A stretch of DNA of 64,000 nt from Magnetococcus sp. DMHC-6 (GTDB lineage: Bacteria; Pseudomonadota; Magnetococcia; Magnetococcales; JADFZT01). Positions 58,405 through 64,000 of this stretch are shown piece after piece. The notes below the pieces were generated by a model, which saw only the letters and a program-made list of their open reading frames with translations, was not told the DNA's origin and ran no database searches. The DNA is taken from positions 50,259-114,258 of the forward strand of contig JAMOAW010000001.1 in assembly GCA_039908535.1 (NCBI GenBank), written 5' to 3'. Each line of letters opens with the position of its first letter. The first letter of the stretch is position 1. Both the position numbers and the translations under genes were made by a program.

Positions 58405-59180
58405 AGTTCACCTATTTTCTCGCCTTCCTGGCGGCCTTCCAGTTTACCAATACCATATGTAGATTCCACCATACTGGCTTGATAGTGTAGGTCATCCTTA
58501 TAGCGTTCATAAGCCAGTCGTTCTGATTCTGAAAGTTTCAATATGTCGAGTTGTTCTTTGGCTTTGATAAGGCCTTTGGCTGTAAATTCTTTATGAATTT
58601 TTTCATTCTTGAGAAAAAAGATCCACTCATCCAAAGTGTCCCGGGCAATATCGTCAAAACGGTTTACTTTAATTAAATAATACTCGGGGAAAATTTCCGA
58701 CACCGAATTACGACGAAATAGGGCTTTTTGCCCATCGCTGAGATTCAACTCATCATTGGTATGTAATCCCCTGAAATGGGTGGTTCCTTGATAAATATAA
58801 TCGGATCCTTGGCCTAAGTCGAAGTACAGAATACTTACAAAAATTGTTTTTACCACACATGAGTAGGGTTGACCTTCAGTCATATGTTCGGTAATAACTT
58901 TGGCTGTGCCGTATAAAAGACGCTGTAGATAGTCATGTTCTCGTTCATACTGAAGCTCAATAATAATCACCTCACCACGATTATTCTTTACCTTAAGATC
59001 CACCCGGTTAGATTTGTCGTATCTGTCATTTTTGTTGCTCTCACTTTCTAAAACGTCAAGGATGCAAATGTCATCATGAAGAAGTTCGCTTAAGAAACCT
59101 TCCAAAATCTCAAAGTTAGCCTTACTACGTAACAGCCGTTTTAAGGCCCAATCAAAGCTGACTAATTGGCGTTGTTTCAT
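58230..59180 (-). CDS. Rpn/YhgA-like PD-(D/E)XK nuclease-family putative transposase with DUF4351-like C-terminus
   Basis: SFDWALKRLLRSKANFEILEGFLSELL, RVDLKVKN...IIIELQ core, and a C-terminus shared with the 10652-11674 gene. Confidence 0.8.
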   Translation of the reverse strand: MKQRQLVSFDWALKRLLRSKANFEILEGFLSELLHDDICILDVLESESNKNDRYDKSNRVDLKVKNNRGEVIIIELQYEREHDYLQRLLYGTAKVITEHMTEGQPYSCVVKTIFVSILYFDLGQGSDYIYQGTTHFRGLHTNDELNLSDGQKALFRRNSVSEIFPEYYLIKVNRFDDIARDTLDEWIFFLKNEKIHKEFTAKGLIKAKEQLDILKLSESERLAYERYKDDLHYQASMVESTYGIGKLEGRQEGEKIGELKGRQEEAASMLLKQMRRKFGQTPDWVAPKVMAANLELIEIWSDNFVFANSVDDVFTS

Positions 59181-59425
59181 ATCGGTATTCTCAACAAATC
59201 AATCGGTTATGGTTTAGAGTGACCATATTCCGAAATGTTGCAAAAGGCATTTCTACTTCATCTATGATAGATACCCCACCTTGCGAAAAGCAAACAAATT
59301 CTTAAATTTTTAAGAAAAATATTTTTTATTACAATCCAAATAAAGACAAAAATACGCAGGCAGATAAACTCGAACCCTATGATTCATCAAAAAATGGACA
59401 TCAGGCAGGTGGAAGTAAAACTTCC

Positions 59426-60643
59426 TTAGACAGACAACGGTTTAACCGTTTGAGTTAACAACACCATATCCTCACGATGAATAATCTCTTCCTCCCCCAT
59501 AAATCCCAAAATCGTCTCGAAGGCACTGCTTTGACAGCCGATGATCTGTTTTAAATGTTCCGCCGCATAATGGACCAACCCTTTGGCAATACACTCCCCG
59601 TCAGGTGCGCGACAATAGACCGCATCCCCACGATCAAACTGCCCCTCAACCGCGATAATGCCGGGAGCCAGAAGACTTTTGCCACGGCGCAGGGCAGTAA
59701 CGGCTCCAAAATCCAGATCGAGAAACCCTTTGCTGCTTAAGGCATTGGCAATCCAACGTTTACGATGACGAATGGGATCTGTGGCCTCAGCCAAAAAAAG
59801 GGTTCCCAGTTGTTCTCCTTGGGAAAGAAGAATTCGATGCAAGGGGGTCTTAAAAGAGCGACCTGGAGCCAAAACCGTTCGGCATCCATAACGGGCCGCC
59901 ATTCGAGCCGCTGCCAGTTTGGTCATCATCCCCCCCGATCCCACCTGCGAGCCGATGCCACCCGCCATGGCCTCAATATCTGGGGTGACTTGTGCCACCA
60001 GGGGAATCAAACGCACATCGGGATTTTGGCGTGGATCAACCGGGTACAACCCATCCACATCGGTGAGTAAAATAAGCAGATCCGCCCCAATCAACCCGGC
60101 CACCAGAGCAGCCAAGGTGTCGTTGTCACCAAACTTTAACTCTTCAACCATAACGGTATCGTTTTCGTTGACAATGGGAACCAACCCTAAACCAAGCAAG
60201 GTTTCCAGGGTGCCACGGGCATTCAGATAACGTCTGCGGTGCGAGACATCGTCGCGGGTTAATAAAATTTGTGCCACATAACGGCCATGACGATGAAAAG
60301 CCTCTTCATAGCAGCCCATCAAAACCCCCTGCCCTGCAGCCGCCGCCGCTTGTTTTTCAACGAGATTTTTCGGTTTTCCCGTCAGACCAAGCCTGGGAGC
60401 CCCAGCAGCCACGGCCCCAGAGGTGACCACCACAACCTGACGACCAGAGTGAAGAATATGGGATATCTCTTGACACCGAGCTCCAATCCACTCCCGATCC
60501 AAGGTGGCCCCCCCACCAGTCAATAAATTGGAGCCAATCTTAATAACAATGCGACGGGCCTTTTTAACCTCTGACCAGTTAGTTGCCAAATCGAGTATAG
60601 CGGGTTCTTGGTAAACCGAATCCGCATCCGAATACTCCCCCAT
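59426..60643 (-). CDS. proB: Glutamate 5-kinase (with PUA domain and a short N-terminal extension)
   Basis: IVIKIGSNLLT, VVVTSGAVAAG, NENDTV, GDNDTLAA, and a C-terminal PUA-like region. Confidence 0.95.
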   Translation of the reverse strand: MGEYSDADSVYQEPAILDLATNWSEVKKARRIVIKIGSNLLTGGGATLDREWIGARCQEISHILHSGRQVVVVTSGAVAAGAPRLGLTGKPKNLVEKQAAAAAGQGVLMGCYEEAFHRHGRYVAQILLTRDDVSHRRRYLNARGTLETLLGLGLVPIVNENDTVMVEELKFGDNDTLAALVAGLIGADLLILLTDVDGLYPVDPRQNPDVRLIPLVAQVTPDIEAMAGGIGSQVGSGGMMTKLAAARMAARYGCRTVLAPGRSFKTPLHRILLSQGEQLGTLFLAEATDPIRHRKRWIANALSSKGFLDLDFGAVTALRRGKSLLAPGIIAVEGQFDRGDAVYCRAPDGECIAKGLVHYAAEHLKQIIGCQSSAFETILGFMGEEEIIHREDMVLLTQTVKPLSV

Positions 60644-60645
60644 CG

Positions 60646-61950
<1,305 letters not shown>

Positions 61951-61954
61951 TAAA

Positions 61955-62209
61955 TCAGGCAGGAGAAACAATATTAACAAACTGCCGATTATACCGTTTG
62001 GTAAACAAAACCGTCCCTTCACGTAAGGCAAACAAGGTGTGATCTCGCCCCATATCCACCCCTTCCCCTGGATAAAAATTGGTTCCCCGTTGCCGAACCA
62101 AAATATTTCCTGGGACAACGGTTTGTCCGCCAAACCGTTTGACGCCCAGTCGACGTCCAGCGGAATCGCGTCCATTGCGCGTACTTCCGGCCGCTTTTTT
62201 ATGTGCCAT
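61955..62209 (-). CDS. rpmA: 50S ribosomal protein L27
   Basis: [16 protein letters not shown]...[10 protein letters not shown]. Confidence 0.95.
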   Translation of the reverse strand: MAHKKAAGSTRNGRDSAGRRLGVKRFGGQTVVPGNILVRQRGTNFYPGEGVDMGRDHTLFALREGTVLFTKRYNRQFVNIVSPA

Positions 62210-62277
62210 GAGTAGTCTCCTTTAAATAAAGCCACCACGTACCTATGATTATGATAAGGGGTACGCGAGGCTGTCAG

Positions 62278-62586
62278 TTATGCCTCAATTGCAGTGATTC
62301 GCAATTCGGTTAAATTTTGCCGATGGCCCTTTTTACGGCGATAATTTTTGCGTTTTTGCTTTTTAAAAATCAACACCTTTTTAGCACGCAATTGCTCCAA
62401 AATAGTGGCGGTTACCCGAGAAGAGGCAATGCTCTCTCCTGTTTTTAAGCCATCCTCGCCACCGATGAGCAAGACATCGTTGAGTTCAACCGTTTCACCT
62501 TTTTCACCGGGCAGTCGCTCCACCCGAACTCGGTCATTAACGGCCACACTATATTGTTTTCCGCCGGAGCGCACTACCGCATACAT
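62278..62586 (-). CDS. rplU: 50S ribosomal protein L21
   Basis: MYAVVRSGGKQY from the internal ATG at 62586; RKKGHRQ near the C-terminus. Confidence 0.95.
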   Translation of the reverse strand: MYAVVRSGGKQYSVAVNDRVRVERLPGEKGETVELNDVLLIGGEDGLKTGESIASSRVTATILEQLRAKKVLIFKKQKRKNYRRKKGHRQNLTELRITAIEA

Positions 62587-62822
62587 GTTTCTAGTCCCTT
62601 CAAGAGTATTCAAACGATGAGAAAACGGATGCTACCTTATCTCGACTTTTCACTTTTTTTTTATAATCTTTTTTTATAAATGAAAAACAGATAAAAGTCG
62701 AGCAATTGATCATTCAAAAGTGGCTTAGGGGCGTGGTGGACGGTTTTCCATCCCTATGTCGCCTTTATCATCTCCTAAGCTTAAAGATCATAAAAGACCC
62801 GTGTCATTATCATGGCGGCGTA

Positions 62823-63440
62823 TTATTTGTCAAGGTTTATTGATCCTTTATCGAGTATGTTTTGAAAAAGCTCCAGGGTTTCAAAAAGAGGCAATCCCAC
62901 AACATTGGAATAAGAACCTTGTAGTTTGGCGACCAAAAAAGCTCCCAGCCCCTGAATGGCATAGGCCCCGGCTTTATCCATGGGTTCACCAGAGTCGATA
63001 TAGCTTTGAATCTCCTGAGAGGAGAGTTTTTTAATCCACACCTCTGTTTGTACCACTCTGGAAAAACAAAGCCCTGTGTCCGAGGCATGAATGGCCACCC
63101 CGGTGAGAACCTGGTGGAGATTCCCTGAGACTCTTTCGAGCATTGCGGTGGCGTGCTGCCGATCCAGTGGTTTACCCAAAATCAGATCGTCCAACACCAC
63201 AGCCGTATCGGCCCCTAACGTCAACACGGTTTGTTCCGTTTTTTGAATGGCGGCCATGGTTTTGGCTCTCGCCACCCTCTCCACATAAGCCAACGCCCCC
63301 TCCCCTAACCCTGGCCTTTCGTCTACATGGACGGGAAAAACGTCTGGAGTTAAACCCAACTGGCGCAATAATTCCAACCTGCGCGGCGATGCTGAAGCTA
63401 AACGAATCGGTATTTTTTTTAAATTTAGTATAATATTCAT
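62823..63440 (-). CDS. maf: Maf-like nucleoside-triphosphate pyrophosphatase
   Basis: LASASPRRLELL, GADTAVVLD, DKAGAYAIQG. The start is taken at the ATG at 63440 (MNIILN). Confidence 0.85.
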   Translation of the reverse strand: MNIILNLKKIPIRLASASPRRLELLRQLGLTPDVFPVHVDERPGLGEGALAYVERVARAKTMAAIQKTEQTVLTLGADTAVVLDDLILGKPLDRQHATAMLERVSGNLHQVLTGVAIHASDTGLCFSRVVQTEVWIKKLSSQEIQSYIDSGEPMDKAGAYAIQGLGAFLVAKLQGSYSNVVGLPLFETLELFQNILDKGSINLDK

Positions 63441-63733
63441 TCTATTACAATCAAGTTTAATGTTATCAGATGTACCTACAGATTTTTTTAATATTGAATA
63501 TTGCTGCGACCATTGGCAATGCGCCAAAAATAGAGTATCGTTTATAAAGTCTATTTGAAACTCTTGACGATATGAACGACAAGATGTTTTATATCCCAAA
63601 AAAAAATGATAGACCCTTTTTTTGCGTTTGTATTCAGTTTAAAATGGAGATATTGAATCGTTCACGCAAGAGGCTATGGGATCTTTCCTGTAACTGACGG
63701 CACCTAACCTAAGTTTGAGCCAGATCAACCCTT

Positions 63734-64000
63734 ATGTCCCAAAAAGATTCACGGGTTCTCGATATTTTAAAAGCTTTGATCGGGGACGACTTAAACCAAG
63801 CAAATCGGATTATTTTGCAGCAACTTGATGCCAAGGTCGAGCTTATCCCAACCCTTGGCTCCCACCTCATCGAAAGCGGTGGCAAACGGCTGCGACCTAT
63901 TTTGACATTAATATCTGCTCGATTGTTTGGCTATCGAGGGAATCAACACGCTCTGATGGCGGCAGTTGTGGAATTTATCCATACCGCAACCCTCCTCCAC
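63734..64000 (+). CDS. ispB: Octaprenyl-diphosphate synthase (polyprenyl synthetase), N-terminal part; continues beyond the window
   Basis: GGKRLRPILTLISARL...AAVVEFIHTATLLH (just before the first DDxxD motif). It is divergent from the maf/rplU block. Confidence 0.8.
   Translation, partial: MSQKDSRVLDILKALIGDDLNQANRIILQQLDAKVELIPTLGSHLIESGGKRLRPILTLISARLFGYRGNQHALMAAVVEFIHTATLLH

Noticed and set aside
62614-62822. Possible structured leader upstream of rplU (CTCGACTTTT ... AAAAGTCGAG pairing across about 40 nt)
   Set aside because: It is a single long-range 10 bp complement in T/A-rich sequence. I know of no matching ribosomal-protein leader motif, so I cannot support it without covariation data.

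Overview
This 64 kb window comes from a proteobacterium-like chromosome with moderate GC. I cannot name the organism from sequence alone. The right end carries a conserved housekeeping backbone: ispB divergent from maf, then rplU-rpmA-obg-proB ... proA-nadD-rsfS-rlmH. Elsewhere are tyrS, anmK, trxB, panE, yggS and a UDP-glucuronate decarboxylase. There are many signalling genes: a CHASE2 hybrid kinase, a GGDEF-EAL protein, an H-NOX-PilZ fusion, GAF and cNMP-binding proteins, and an MCP-like protein. There are also cell-envelope and glycosyltransferase genes. I found no rRNA, tRNA or CRISPR array.

The most striking global feature is a family of modular hairpin-rich repeats (MITE/REP-like), about 80-160 bp long. 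It occupies almost every intergenic gap, at 23 or more loci, and sometimes supplies stop codons, C-termini or start codons of genes.

The accessory content sits at about 0.5-3.2 kb and about 9.9-25.8 kb, with single cassettes at 30.9-32.3 kb and 45.2-47.1 kb. Candidates for undescribed systems, in my order of priority:
1. A translationally coupled three-gene operon at 12199-15346: a small helical protein, a KGGVGR-variant ParA/MinD-like ATPase and a second P-loop NTPase. It lies in a 5.4 kb segment bounded by 92 bp imperfect direct repeats and mobile-element debris.
2. An SPFH / NAD-kinase-like / ADP-ribosylglycohydrolase cluster at 16440-19698.
3. An ABC-type ATPase plus a TOPRIM-like DUF4276-type protein at 1201-2939.
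4. A divergent RelA/SpoT-fold protein with a long C-terminal extension at 30903-32264.
5. A stripped-down Mu-like repressor-Gam-Mor module at 45198-47077.

All functional calls rest on motifs I recognised by eye in the supplied translations. No database search was possible.
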